Of a stretch of DNA of 64,000 bases, positions 13,183 to 25,040 are shown piece by piece. A program made the translations under genes and the position numbers. The stretch's first letter is position 1. Every line of letters starts with the position of its first letter. The stretch comes from Fistulifera solaris (taxonomy: Eukaryota), in NCBI GenBank assembly GCA_030295235.1, contig AP026162.1:1054001-1118000 (forward strand), read 5' to 3'. The notes beneath the pieces were generated by a model. The model saw nothing but the letters and a program-made list of their open reading frames with translations, searched no databases and was not told the DNA's origin.

Positions 13183-13940
13183 TTTATAAACAACAAATCA
13201 ATCAAGAAAAAAACGTCTTCGCTCTTAGTAAGAGTGCAGCAAGCTGGGTTCGATAAAGCCTTTGCTCCTGGCAAGCATGAAGCTTGCAGGCATTATGAAC
13301 GACGAATGAGGGAGACCGTTCGGCTGCGTTTGCTCCGACGGACCCAGAGAAAACGGCCCCGGCGTCAGATGGCCAAAAATTCAGTCTACTTAATTTCTGA
13401 TACACATTGAGATCTTACTGAATTTTTTCCTATATACATAGTTAATGTAGTATCCCATCAAATAACTGTCCGACGCGAAGGACATGGTCTTTATTATGAT
13501 CTGAAAGTCCCCAACGGCAACGCGCGACGCCGTTTACGGAAAGGGGGAGCCATGGCGGGAGTCCCATGTGCGTTCCGTGTTTGCAATTAAGTCGCAAAGG
13601 AACTTTAGTAACTAGCTAGAGCCACACCTTGGCTCTATAGCGAAACGAAAAGTTGTTACACGACCTGTTTGAATAGTTGATGCTTCAATGGCAAGTGCGC
13701 TCCAACTACACTGGACACGACCAAATTGGAAGTAGCTAGAATCATCTGAACAACTTGTGTGATGATTTGCATTATCTGTAGTGTCGGAGTTGATTCATTG
13801 CTAGAATCCAGCGATTATTATAAGACATACAGGTCAGTCACTTCGGTAATTGAATATACGCCAGACAGGAGCCGCGGAAAGCAAAACATTTGTATAAAGG
13901 AATAGCTACGCATTAGCATGTCAATCGCACGTTGTAAATC

Positions 13941-15305
13941 TTAGCCAACGCGAGCTTTCTTGTTAGGCCTGTACTCCTCCTCGGACAAGATGCATTCTTT
14001 GAGCTCGTACTCCTCTAAATCTACAAACTCAATGAGCACACTGGCATACGGATGGTGTGTCGGCTCGTCATTGAACACCACATGATAAAGAGAAGCCGGC
14101 TTTCCCGTCTTTTCTGAAACAAAGCCTGGCTCTCCCGCCTTATCAACATCGGTTTCACTGATCCAACCCACCACTTCACCAATTTGCTCTACGGCAACTT
14201 TCCTTCTCGCAGATGCTTTATGTTCCGTGACCCATCGCACAAACTTGCCCAGATATTCGCTGCCGACGGTTCTCCACGGGGGATCTTCTTCCGTCAGACT
14301 GTCCTTACTCGGCTTATCGGACTTGTTGTTAAAAGCCTGTAATGCTGCCTTCTTACTCTTATAAACGGTGCCATCCGGTCCGATGATTTTCCATCGGTTT
14401 CCCCCTTGCGAAAAGGCTTGCCATGTTTCATCAAATCCATTACTCGCGGCTGTTTTGTGAGGATCTTCGTCGTTCATTCTCGGGCGAATCGAACTTTCGG
14501 CAACACCGGATTGCTTTGAGCTGTCCGAACTGTAGAATACCTGGTAGCGAAATCCATCGACCTTATGTTCGTTCCTGCGCAAAATCTTCGCGTCCCACCA
14601 TTCCCCTTCGTACAGAACCTCTACCTTATCACCCACATCAAATCGAGCTGATCGCGGTAACATGTGACCGCCCTTAAAATCGAATGGAGTCGGTGCCGGA
14701 CCCGATTGTTCGGGATCTTCGTGAATGGCTTCCTTTTCCATCCAGATTAGAGCCGCTCGCGTGGCAGCCGCATGATGGTACCACATGTCACAGTCTGTGC
14801 CCGGTTTTCCAGCGTAAATCCGATCTACAATGACTTTCACCATTCGTCCTGGTTGTGTTTGAACTGCAGGGATATCACTAGTGCTGGTCGGCTCGTCCCG
14901 CGCAATACTTTCTTTTCGACCTTGCACGGGTTTGCTTGATTCATCGACGTGCGAGGTTGCTCGTTCATTGTCATTTACGTCGAATTTGATTGTAGAATCC
15001 TTCTCCGTTGCTGGAACCGTATCCCCTTTGTCTTCATCCGCTCGAACATCTTCCTTTTTGATCTGACTATTCCCAGGCTCTGCCTCTTGCGATGCAACAT
15101 TCATTTCGGTAGGACTCGTTTCCTCGTTTTCTTTCCTTACAACTGTTTCGTTGTACTCCATCTCTTCCATGGTACGCACCACTCGCCAACCTGCCGGATA
15201 GCCCAATGCCGCCGCCAACTGTTGCGCGCGGAGATCCGTTGGCGTCGGCTTGGCGGCCCATAGGGCATGTCCCATGATGTTGAGCACAGTTTGATCCGAC
15301 GCCAT
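13941..15305 (-). CDS. Tudor/Agenet-domain protein
   Basis: 454-aa ORF containing FDVGDKVEVLYEGEWWDAKI..YQVFYS..GVAESSIRP, with a basic C-terminal NLS-like tail. Confidence 0.7.
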   Translation of the reverse strand: MASDQTVLNIMGHALWAAKPTPTDLRAQQLAAALGYPAGWRVVRTMEEMEYNETVVRKENEETSPTEMNVASQEAEPGNSQIKKEDVRADEDKGDTVPATEKDSTIKFDVNDNERATSHVDESSKPVQGRKESIARDEPTSTSDIPAVQTQPGRMVKVIVDRIYAGKPGTDCDMWYHHAAATRAALIWMEKEAIHEDPEQSGPAPTPFDFKGGHMLPRSARFDVGDKVEVLYEGEWWDAKILRRNEHKVDGFRYQVFYSSDSSKQSGVAESSIRPRMNDEDPHKTAASNGFDETWQAFSQGGNRWKIIGPDGTVYKSKKAALQAFNNKSDKPSKDSLTEEDPPWRTVGSEYLGKFVRWVTEHKASARRKVAVEQIGEVVGWISETDVDKAGEPGFVSEKTGKPASLYHVVFNDEPTHHPYASVLIEFVDLEEYELKECILSEEEYRPNKKARVG

Positions 15306-15477
15306 GATTATCGGGGTACGGGTTGGATATAAGACAAAATCTCACGAGAACTATGTCTTTTCTGGTAATAATGTTAGCGTCAAAGGATTGGCTTTGGTTT
15401 GTCGGTGTACAAGAAGAATAACAACAAAGACAAAAGTCGAGTTGCGTTTTTATAAGCGGCAATGGCTTCACAGCGAG

Positions 15478-15970
15478 AACCCGGATGTTAGATATTTCGA
15501 CGCTATCCATTTATCGAGTATGTTTGACTGCAATGCTACAGAGATATGAAATAATAACATAGCTCATTAACACTAATAAAAGTTGTTCACAATCAATTCG
15601 AAACCAAAACGTAGAAAGGAGCAAAGATACAATGCTTCGAATATCTACGTGACATTCACGTAGGCCCTGTAGGAATTTTATCGATGTAGGCAGCAACCGG
15701 TACTTTTCGAATTCGACCTCATCAATTCTCGGGTCCGACAGCGACAAAATTCATCGAAACATACATCAACGTATCTTCATATCTATCATAAGCAAGAATC
15801 GACACGGAATCGGAACACCAAACATCAAAGAGACAACAGATGCAACTATGAAAATAATGTCTACGTGAATTTCACGTAGGCCCCGTAGGGAAATTTATCG
15901 ACAAAGGGGGTACCCGGAGTTTAGGCCTACACTTTTTGATAATCTCGTCGGATAGGTACTTGACTATGGA
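15478..15970. repeat. Degenerate ~216-bp tandem repeat carrying an 8-3-8 palindrome
   Basis: CTACGTGA-nnn-TCACGTAGGCCCYGTAGG at 15645 and 15861. An A(C)CCGG anchor ends at 15484, 15700 and 15917. Confidence 0.65.
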
Positions 15971-16099
15971 AAGACGTGTGAGAAATCTTTGCCATTCTGT
16001 GACATTCCGCTGTTTTGTCCGTTTTCGTTTTGACTATGACATTATACGCTCTTATCATTGCATCGTTCTATCCAACAACAAATTGACTATCATTGAGAA

Positions 16100-17500
16100 A
16101 TGACGGACGCTATGGAAGTCGATCACGTGGAAGTAACCATCGGTGCAGAAGAGGACGAAGAAGATGTCACCGTTCTTGAAGATGCACTGAAACAAGCAGA
16201 CGAACTTCCGGTCGGTAGCGGTCAAATCCCTTATTTTCTGAAAGTCATTGAGAATAATGAGTTGACAGGTCCAAAAGCCTCTCAACTTAAAGAACGTGCT
16301 GTTTATGATCTGACACGGGCTTATTGCGCTGCACAGCAGTACGACCAAGTCGTAGAATTCGTTACAGGAGCATCGGGCCAGGCCTTTCTTTCGACCATCA
16401 CCAAGGCAAAAACCGCAAAGGTCGTCCGACAACTTCTGGATATTGTGTGCACGGCTGCACCGGAAGCGCATACTATGCAGGAATCTGTAGCTCGCAGTAT
16501 CATTCAATGGACGGAACAGGAAAAACGCTCTTTTTTACGACAACGTGTCGAAGCCAAATTGGCGAGCATTCTCTTTGTGCAGCACAAATACGTTGAAGCG
16601 CTGGAGATTTGCGATCGCTTGTTGCATGAATTGAAGAAATTGGACGACAAGCAGTTGTTGGTAGAAACACACCTGCTGGAAAGCAAAGTGCACTTTGCGT
16701 TGCGAAACTTGCCGAAGGCCAAGGCGGCGTTGACAGCCAGTCGCACGGCGGCCAACGCCATCTACGTCACTCCTCGTTTGCAAGCAGATATCGATAGTAT
16801 GTCGGGGACTATTCACACAGAAGAGGACGACTACAACACAGCACACTCGTATTTCTTGGAGGCGTTCGAGCAGTTGGATCAAATGAATAACGACGAAGAA
16901 GCTATCATTGCTCTCAAATACATGATGCTTTGTCGTATTCTCGACTCACTTCGTAAAGCGTTGTTTTTGTCCTCCTCTGGAAATGTCGGAATCAAGAGCA
17001 AAGACGAAAGCGTTGACTTGTCGGGTCTTTTGACCAGTAAGCAAGCTATCAAGTATGCTGGAAGTGAAATTCAAGCCATGTCCGCCGTTGCGAAAGCCGC
17101 TTCGAATCGAAATTTAAAAGAGTTTCAAGAGGTGCTGGAACAATATTCGTCAGAATTGCTGGGCGATTTACTGATCAAGCATCATTTGCATGTGCTGCGA
17201 GAACAGCTGCTCGAATCGAACTTGATTCGCATCATCGAACCGTACAGTTGCGTGGAATTATCACACATTGCTTCACTTATTGAGATGCCGGTTGTCGTGG
17301 TAGAAAAGAAGTTGTCGCAAATGATTCTTGACGGAAAACTGCACGGAATTTTGGATCAAGGAAAGGGACAACTTGTTGTTTACGAGGAATCCGAGAAAGA
17401 TCGTGCTATGGAGAAAGGTTTGCAGGTCATAGCAAACATGGATGCGGTCGTGACGTCCTTATTTGAGCGAAGTCAAGCACTGAGAACCGTCATGATGTAG
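16100..17500 (+). CDS. RPN6: 26S proteasome lid subunit RPN6/PSMD11
   Basis: KAKTAKVVRQL, ELKKLDDKQLLVE, KAALTASRTAANAIY, and PCI domain LIRIIEPYS..VEKKLSQMILD. Confidence 0.96.
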   Translation: MTDAMEVDHVEVTIGAEEDEEDVTVLEDALKQADELPVGSGQIPYFLKVIENNELTGPKASQLKERAVYDLTRAYCAAQQYDQVVEFVTGASGQAFLSTITKAKTAKVVRQLLDIVCTAAPEAHTMQESVARSIIQWTEQEKRSFLRQRVEAKLASILFVQHKYVEALEICDRLLHELKKLDDKQLLVETHLLESKVHFALRNLPKAKAALTASRTAANAIYVTPRLQADIDSMSGTIHTEEDDYNTAHSYFLEAFEQLDQMNNDEEAIIALKYMMLCRILDSLRKALFLSSSGNVGIKSKDESVDLSGLLTSKQAIKYAGSEIQAMSAVAKAASNRNLKEFQEVLEQYSSELLGDLLIKHHLHVLREQLLESNLIRIIEPYSCVELSHIASLIEMPVVVVEKKLSQMILDGKLHGILDQGKGQLVVYEESEKDRAMEKGLQVIANMDAVVTSLFERSQALRTVMM

Positions 17501-17829
17501 ATGCCATTCTATTAAGTCTTTTATTACCCTATAATCGTCATCGCACTGGCTTGGTTAGATAGATTAGAGTACGTTAAGCTGTGTTTCACAATTCGCTACA
17601 TCTAAAATTCTAGTCAAATAATAGCCTTGCAAATCGCGGGTTCTTACTGCATTTCAGTCATGAATCAAAAGTCAAGAATCATCAATTTGTAATCAAATCA
17701 GAATACAAATCCATGGCGCGCGTCCATTTCTTTATGGAGCTCCGCATGTGTTTTGTATTATTTCGCCTGCAACTACAGTATCTTGGGGCAGTTTCTCATG
17801 AATCCGCAGCTCGTCTTAACACGTGAGGA

Positions 17830-18045
17830 GTAAAAAATGTGGGGACGTTATGTTTTCACACTACCAGAAAATGTGGGAATGTGTTTTTCAAGTTACCAGA
17901 AAATGTGGGAACGGGGTGTTTCCACATACCAGAAAATGTGGGAAAGTGGCGTTTTCAAGCTACCAGAAAATGTGGGAATGTGTTATTTTCACGCTACCAG
18001 AAAATATGGGTACTTGGTGTTGACGTTACCAGAAAATGTGGGCAT
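17830..18045. repeat. Minisatellite, 32-34-bp period, conserved TACCAGAAAATGTGGG core
   Basis: Core at 17862, 17894, 17927, 17961, 17995 (one mismatch) and 18027, plus a degenerate copy at ~17831. Confidence 0.92.
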
Positions 18046-18224
18046 CGCGCGCAACCGCGCGACCAATCACAAAGCTCCACCCTCATCCCTCCGCACCCAC
18101 ATCCACCACACCTTCTTGCGAACAGAAAAACGCATCCGATGATGGCTTTATTCCGAAAAGAACCAAGAGCTTGTCCTTATCACATCCATTGCAACCAATC
18201 GCTGCTGTGTACAATCATCTTTCA

Positions 18225-19329
18225 ATGATCATGTCAATAATAGTTGCCTGGTTTTCGTTCTGGTGCCTCTGGCCGGTGTATGAAGTCGTACCATTTGTAA
18301 TCAGTCCGCGAGCTGTACGTCGCACGCCAACCCGGGGTATTGTACTTTTCGGAGGTCGAGGAATAGCATCCGGCTATCGGTGGAAGGAGGAAGCTTTTGA
18401 AATTGATGTGACGGTTCAAGTACCGAAAGAGACAAGAGCAAAAGATATAATATTCCGGCCTACCGTCAATTCGATCGATTTGCGTTTGAAAGGGGACGAC
18501 GCGCCTGTTTTACTGGACGGATCGAGGACGCTGAGAGGGCGTGTGAATTTAGATGGGACGTATTGGGTCATTTCGGACTCTGAAGACAAAGATGACGCCT
18601 TTCGAGAAGTGACTGTAACAATTGAGAAGCTTATTCGAACACCACAAGACGATTTTGAGGTCGTGGAGTACGACTGGAAGGGTGTTTATGCCAACGATAC
18701 CGAAGAAGTGTTAGAGCGAACATATGACGAGCCAGAAGAACTTAACGTTAGAGAATACGCGGCGAGTTTGGGAGTGGACATAGATAACATCAACATGTCG
18801 ATGGTCGACAAGACGATGTTTTCTACGGGAATGAACATTACAAAGAATAGCCTCGACGAACTCAACAAGGCTGGATTGATAAAAGAAATAACGCAACAAG
18901 CGGATGGTACAGAATACGAGATCGATGACGAAGGGAATGCCGTAAAGTTTTCAATGTTTGGCGACAGCAGCGATGACGACGAAAGGGATAGCTTTACGCA
19001 AAGCGCCCCAGCGCCAATCCCGTTCTTGGATACAGATTCTCCCTGGCATTCCGCGGTAAAAGTCGATGATACAACGAACCAAACCTACGTGAAGCAGACT
19101 CGGCAATTTACAAGGAGTGCTTTCGCTCAGGATAGTGTCAAAGATCCTGACGACCTGAAGACAAACGTGGCCGACGCCAGAGACCCGATTGATAACTTGA
19201 CCGTAAAAAAGACTGAAAGAAATTTTGAAATCACAAGGACTCAAAGTTACTGGAACGAAGAAGGAATTGCAAGACCGATTAAGGCAGCAGGTTAATTCAC
19301 TTCTTCAAGGGAAGCAAGAGAATGAGTAG
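18225..19329 (+). CDS. CS (p23/NudC-like) domain + C-terminal SAP domain protein, probably plastid-targeted; frameshift at A-run ~19205
   Basis: CS-like YRWKEEAFEIDVTVQVP..KDIIF..GRVNLDGTYW..VTIEK. The shifted frame reads LKEILKSQGLKVTGTKKELQDRL (SAP consensus). Hydrophobic leader ending VVP-F. Confidence 0.7.
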
Positions 19330-19598
19330 TTAGTTTGGTGGAGCAGAATAGTGACTTGCAATGTTATTGTGCTATTCTGATTGTTGAGCTATTTCAGATA
19401 ACGATAAAGTAATTTTCTTTTCTATTTCGTCTTGCTGAAAGCCTAATAGATCCTAGATTTTTGGCTAACGACCGACAGACAGATTTCTCGCGGCGCCTTT
19501 TATCAACCCCGTCAAAACTACATGCACAAAATTTCGGCTCATTGCATCGAGGGGTTTACAATCAAAGTTCAGATAAGCATAATCTAAATACATCGACT

Positions 19599-21080
19599 AT
19601 GGAAGATTTTCAGGATGTTCAAGCGTCTTCAAATGGTGACGATCCGCAAGCACAGGGTCACGACGAGCCGACGAGTTTCACGGAGAATACTTTCATTGAC
19701 GATGATGGAGACGACAGCACTGGGCCACCTCAAGCCAAATATAAAGTGCTAGAAAAAGTGTTTGCGCGAGACACAGACGGGCTACTGTATCAGGCTGTTG
19801 TTCGGAGAGCACTTTACGGTCCTATTTTTCACAAGCAGGTGCACGTTGCCATGACAAATTCAACTGGAGAAGTGTCGGATGAAAACGATAGTTCAGAATC
19901 TTGGCAGTATTTTGTCCACTTTCTCAAGTGGAATGTTGCCTGGGATCGTTGGATACCAGAAAGTAAGATCTTACCAATGTCAGAAGACACTATACGATAC
20001 GCAGAAAAGTTAGCTGATGAACACAAGGCTTTACGAGCCGCTTTGACACGAAAAACGCCTGGGAAAAAAGCATTCCAAAACCTGGACACCGCAACCTTTC
20101 TTACAGAGTGGCGTAAAACTTTGGACCGTATAGATCAGCAATTCATGATGAACGGTATTGCTGCCACTTCTGCTACTACTGCCGCCTCGCAAGAAGTTGC
20201 CCCGAAGCCGGCAACGTCGAGTAATCCCCAGTGGACTAAGAGCGCAGTTCAAGCCGAAATCGCAATCCGTACCAAAGGCTTGATCTCGAAAAAGTTTGAG
20301 CCCCCATCAAACCTTATTGTTCTCCCCTTTACGCTCAAAAAGGTTCTGGTGGAAGGCTGGGAGATCATCAACCAGTGCGGAATGGTAGCGAAGATTCCAG
20401 CCAGCGTTTCCGTTCGAGAAGTTCTTGGGCAGTATTTGGCATCCAAAGGAATCGGTTCTTCATCGCACTCGATAGAAGATGCAAAAGTCAAAACTGAAGA
20501 CGCATCAACTGTAGATCCGTTGGTAACAGACTCTCGAGAAAATTTGGCTAATGAGCTCGAACCTTCTAATTTTCCGCCTTCTGGAAGTAAAGAAGCAGAA
20601 CCTACCCTTGGTAACGATAATGTGACACCAGCTGAGGGAGATGACGAAAAGAAACTTTCGATAGAGACAGAATGGACCAATTTATCCGAAGGACTCATCC
20701 AATTGTTTGAAGAAGCACTTCCCACACGGCTCCTTTACGAAAACGAACTGTACCAATTACAAGCAATCGATTCACAACAAGATACTTCATCACATCAAAC
20801 GTATGCCGACATCTATGGATGCGAGCATTTGTTGCGCCTGCTGGTGAGGCTTCCGGCCCTCCTGGCCGAGACGATGACAGAGGTTGAGTCAAGGTCCATC
20901 ATTGCCAAACTAAACGATTTTGTGCGCTACATGTACAAGAACCAGACGGTTCTCTTTCAACAAACGTACCGAAAGCTCTCTGACTTGGAACAGGAGCTTC
21001 AACAAAAGGAACAGGCACGAAAGACTCGTAAACGTAAAATGAACGAAGAGACGCAAGCATCAAATAATAGCGTTCACTAA
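19599..21080 (+). CDS. EAF3: MRG15/EAF3 family chromatin protein (chromo-barrel + MRG)
   Basis: YFVHFLKWNVAWDRWI, LPFTLKKVLVEGWE, RLLYENE and IYGCEHLLRLLVRLP. Confidence 0.9.
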   Translation: MEDFQDVQASSNGDDPQAQGHDEPTSFTENTFIDDDGDDSTGPPQAKYKVLEKVFARDTDGLLYQAVVRRALYGPIFHKQVHVAMTNSTGEVSDENDSSESWQYFVHFLKWNVAWDRWIPESKILPMSEDTIRYAEKLADEHKALRAALTRKTPGKKAFQNLDTATFLTEWRKTLDRIDQQFMMNGIAATSATTAASQEVAPKPATSSNPQWTKSAVQAEIAIRTKGLISKKFEPPSNLIVLPFTLKKVLVEGWEIINQCGMVAKIPASVSVREVLGQYLASKGIGSSSHSIEDAKVKTEDASTVDPLVTDSRENLANELEPSNFPPSGSKEAEPTLGNDNVTPAEGDDEKKLSIETEWTNLSEGLIQLFEEALPTRLLYENELYQLQAIDSQQDTSSHQTYADIYGCEHLLRLLVRLPALLAETMTEVESRSIIAKLNDFVRYMYKNQTVLFQQTYRKLSDLEQELQQKEQARKTRKRKMNEETQASNNSVH

Positions 21081-21328
21081 TTTTTTGAAATTATCTCAAG
21101 CTTCAAGGTATTATTTTTGAAACCATTCATGAAGCTTTGATTGATAATCATTGGTTGCAGTAGTATGTATCTACAAAATACATGATAATTAGCGAAATAG
21201 CTTAGAAATAGAACTAGCATACCTAGCTCTTTCGCCCCACTATACAGCGAACAGTACCTCCTGCCGGTTGAAGCAAGGACGTAAAGCCTCACATGTACTA
21301 TTACTGTACGAAATAAATACGAAAACAG

Positions 21329-21433
21329 ATTTGTGCCAAAAGAGAAAAACCAGTGGAAAATTCAGTCAAATGTCGAAAAATATTTGTGCCAAAAGAGAAA
21401 AACCAGTGGAAAATTCAGTCAAATGTCGAAAAA
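21329..21433. repeat. Perfect 53-bp-period tandem duplication
   Basis: ATTTGTGCCAAAAGAGAAAAACCAGTGGAAAATTCAGTCAAATGTCGAAAAA at 21329 and 21382. Confidence 0.9.
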
Positions 21434-21651
21434 GCATCCGCATTTCAGGAAAATTAGGAATAAATATTTAGGATTTTATATATCAAAAAAAAAAAAAGAA
21501 AAAATAAATTGAACGACAAAACGACAAACGAAAAACGACGCATACACACACAGCACACACCGCAAACACCAAAATAGAGCAGAACATCGTCGGAATACCT
21601 GCGGTTCAGTCTTAATGGTTGAATAACATGCGCTTTTAAGCTCTTCAAAGT

Positions 21652-23499
21652 ATGGCGTCCCTAATAAGTCATTGCGTGGGGGGAAGCATCCGGTACCTAT
21701 CGCCTTTCTCGCTTCCCCCCTCGACCATTGTATCGGAAACTCCATGAATCTTCAAACATATTGCTATCCGCTCGCAAATATTCTGTAAGGATTACTCCTT
21801 CAAAAGCAGAAAGAAGAACTCGGCTGTGTAGTGCCTACCCGGGCATTCACAAAGGAACTTTATTGTCACTTTCGTCTCCGAATTGCGTGGCAGCACTAGC
21901 CTCGCTATCAACGATGCGTGTTTTAGAGCTTCCGAAAACTTCAAATGACCAGAAACGGAAAGAAAAGAATGCTTATGCTTATTTTCGAAGAAATGAAATA
22001 CGATTTCTGTCATCTGGCGGGAACGCAAGCGATCAAAATGATACAACCGGCGCGCAGCCTCGTCAAGTTTCCGCTCATTACCCGCCGCTGGATGACTTAG
22101 ACAAGGCTACGCAGGATTCAAAGCAATCATCGGCTACACCTCTGTCGCAAGCTCACTTAAAGCGATTACAATACGTACTGTCAGTGGATGATGATAAAGG
22201 TTTATACAAGCGAATCCGTGAGACGCAATTGCAGAAGCTAGAGCAAAGCCGTCAAAAGACCGCCGAAAACGTGAACCGAGCTCTAATGGGAAATGTCGTT
22301 ATCTGTTTGGCGAAATTGGGAGCTTGGGTTTCGTCGGGTAGCAGTAGTATGTTATCTGAATTTATTCACTCCGTCGTCGATTGTGGCAATCAAGCTCTGC
22401 TACTTGTTGGTTTACGAAGTGCGCAACTTTCCGCCGATCGCAAGCACCCTTATGGTTATGGCAAAAGTGTCTACTTCTGGGCTCTCGTGTCCGCACTCGG
22501 TACTTTCTTCTTGGGAGCTGGTGTCAGCATGACACACGCCGTGGGTCAGCTGATGCATCCTTCGCTTCAGGAGATCACTTGGCAAGTCTGGGGTGTTCTG
22601 ATCTTCAGCTTCACGGTAGATGGATATGTTCTACGAGAAACAATCAAGGATATTTACGAATCAAAGCCTGATTCAGTTTCCATCTGGCGACACATTTCCA
22701 ACCTCCGCGACCCTTCCGTTTTGGCGGTACTATTAGAAGATGGTGCGGCGTGTCTGGGTATTGTTCTAGCAATCGGCGGCATCTCGGCCTCGCACATTAC
22801 TGGCAATCCGATTTACGACAGCGTTGCAGGTGTAGCGATTTCGGCCCTTCTAGGAGGAATTGGTCTTGCTCTAGTTCGAATGAATCATCGATTTCTCTTA
22901 GGACAAGCTGTCGACAAAGAAATATTAGAAGATATCGAAAAGATGCTTCTTACCCGCCGTAGCATTGATAATATCGGCTCGGTACAAAGCCAATGGATCT
23001 CTTCCGATACTTTTTCATACAAAGCGGAAGTAGACTTTGATGGGACTTATCTCGCCGCAAAATTGATGCCAATTGTGAGTTGTCCCCCTTTGTTCGATTT
23101 GTTTTTTGTTGGTTAGATTCGCTAACCTATCGTGCTCTTGTGTCACTAAAGTATCAACACGAATTTACCAAGATCCAGGACCCTGTGTCGTCTCATGGAG
23201 ATTTACAGGTTCTGTTGTCTCTCTACGCCGAGGATGTAATACGTACGGTAGAGAGAGAAGTGAGACACGTAGAAGCAGCCATTCGGAAAAAATATCCAGG
23301 CGCGGAGTACATTGAATTGGAGCCAATGAGCATAGATGCTCATCGATTAGCGATCTATGACAACATTGAAGATGAGCTACGACGTGTTGAAAGCGATGCA
23401 TTAAATCGTTATTTGAAATCGCTCAAGAGAGAAGGTGCGCTGGAGGGAATGAATATTCCAACCGACCACGATAAGGGACCGACAAACGAACAGAAATAA
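21652..23499 (+). CDS. Cation diffusion facilitator, ZnT9/SLC30A9-like, likely mitochondrial; intron 23075-23151
   Basis: HSVVDCGNQ, HPYGYGK, LLEDGAA and KAEVDFDG. GTGAGT...AAG intron. The start at 21652 assumes an indel in the C-run near 21716. Confidence 0.85.
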
Positions 23500-23548
23500 G
23501 AGAAAAATGTAAGGAGAAAAAGTTTTTGTGCTATGATTCCCGAAAACA

Positions 23549-25040
23549 TTATTGGCTTGTCGCCCATGAAACTAGCTCTTCAATTTTCACATTAGCCTGT
23601 TGACCTAGCTTCAGATCTTTCACGGCAACCTCTCCGTTCTCATACTCGGATTCTCCGACGATCAAACAATACTTAGCCCCGAGTCGATCAGCGTGCTTGA
23701 AAACCCACTTCGATTTTTTTGGCTTCGAGGATTAAATCAACGCTTTGTCCCGCCTTTCGCAGAGCTGTCGCTGCCTGGATCGCCACGGGGAAGAGTTTTT
23801 CATTCATTGCGAACACAACCGTGTCAATTCCAGACTCTTCGAACGAAGGAAGAATATTTCTCTCCTTCAGAAGCTCTACAATAACAGCATCTCCAAAACC
23901 AAAGCCTGCTGCTGGGATAGAATCCCCTCCAAAAGTCTCCAGCAGTTTATCGTACCGTCCGCCTCCAGCAATCGCTCGTAACTGCCCTTTGCGATCGAAC
24001 GCTTCAAATACAATACCGGTATAGTACGCTAACCCACGAACTACGGAAGCATCCAAAATGATCCAATCTTGAATACCGTAAGCGTCACATAAGCTCATGA
24101 ATTTCTCCAGTTGCAAAACTGCTTTGGAATCCGCCCCCAGAGTTTCGCGCAAAGACTCGATCGATTTGTTAGTGAGAACATTCAAAAGCTTCTCGACTAC
24201 CGAGCGGTCCAATCCTAACTCCTCTAACTCTCCTTGAATGGCATCCACTGGTACCTTTTCTAGTTTATCAACGAGAACGCATGTGGCCGCAAACTTTTCG
24301 GGCGGAATTCCGAGTTCATTCAAGACTTCTCCTATCACCAAACGTGAGTTCACTTTGATCCCCACATCCTCCGACGTAAGTCCCACGCCTTCGAAGAAGC
24401 GCACCATAGCAGCAATCAGCTCCGCTTCGGCTTCTTCTCCCGCGACACCCCAAATATCCATATTCCATTGAAAGTGTTCTCGTCGGCGACCTCGCGTCAT
24501 CCGCTCGTATCGCCAGCATTGTGGGATCGAAAACCATTTGAACGGCAATGGTAAAGCTCCTTTCTTGGCCATGACCATCCGAGCCAAACTCGGAGTCATT
24601 TCCGGCCGTAAAGTGACGGCCCGCTCTCCCTTGTCGACAAAGTTGTAAAGTTGTTGGGTGACTTCTTCACCCGCTTTTCGTGTGTACAGCGCCTCACTTT
24701 CCAAGACCGGTGCATCGTATTCGACGAAACCCGAAATACGTGCCGTATCACGCCACTGATCAAAGAGCCAGTTCCTCAATCGCATGTCTTCTGGATAAAA
24801 GTCTCGAGTGCCTTTGGGAGGATTGGTGTCGAGTTTTTCGGAAACAACGCGACGCGTCTCGTCGGTATTCGTTTTATCCAGCAACGATTTGTCTTGTACA
24901 GCATTCGAGATGCGACCGTTGCTGGAAGCCAAAAGAGTTGTTAATTTGGTGTAAGCTCGAGTTGTTGCTGGTGTGAATGCGGTTGAACATCGCAGAGTAA
25001 TCCAGACAAACATGATGGATGCAATTCGATGATGATTCAT
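23549..25040 (-). CDS. hisS: Histidyl-tRNA synthetase, organellar (bipartite leader); frameshift near 23715
   Basis: PKGTRDF, LRPEMTPS, RRREHFQWN, VRGLAYYTG and GGGRYD. Leader ...CSTA-FTP. The anticodon domain continues as KWVFKHADRLGAK...SWATSQ*. Confidence 0.95.

Noticed and set aside
17830..18045. Mini-CRISPR or repeat-protein ORFs (LPENVG / TRKCG repeats)
   Set aside because: The linkers are short and related to each other, and periods of 32-34 bp do not preserve frame.
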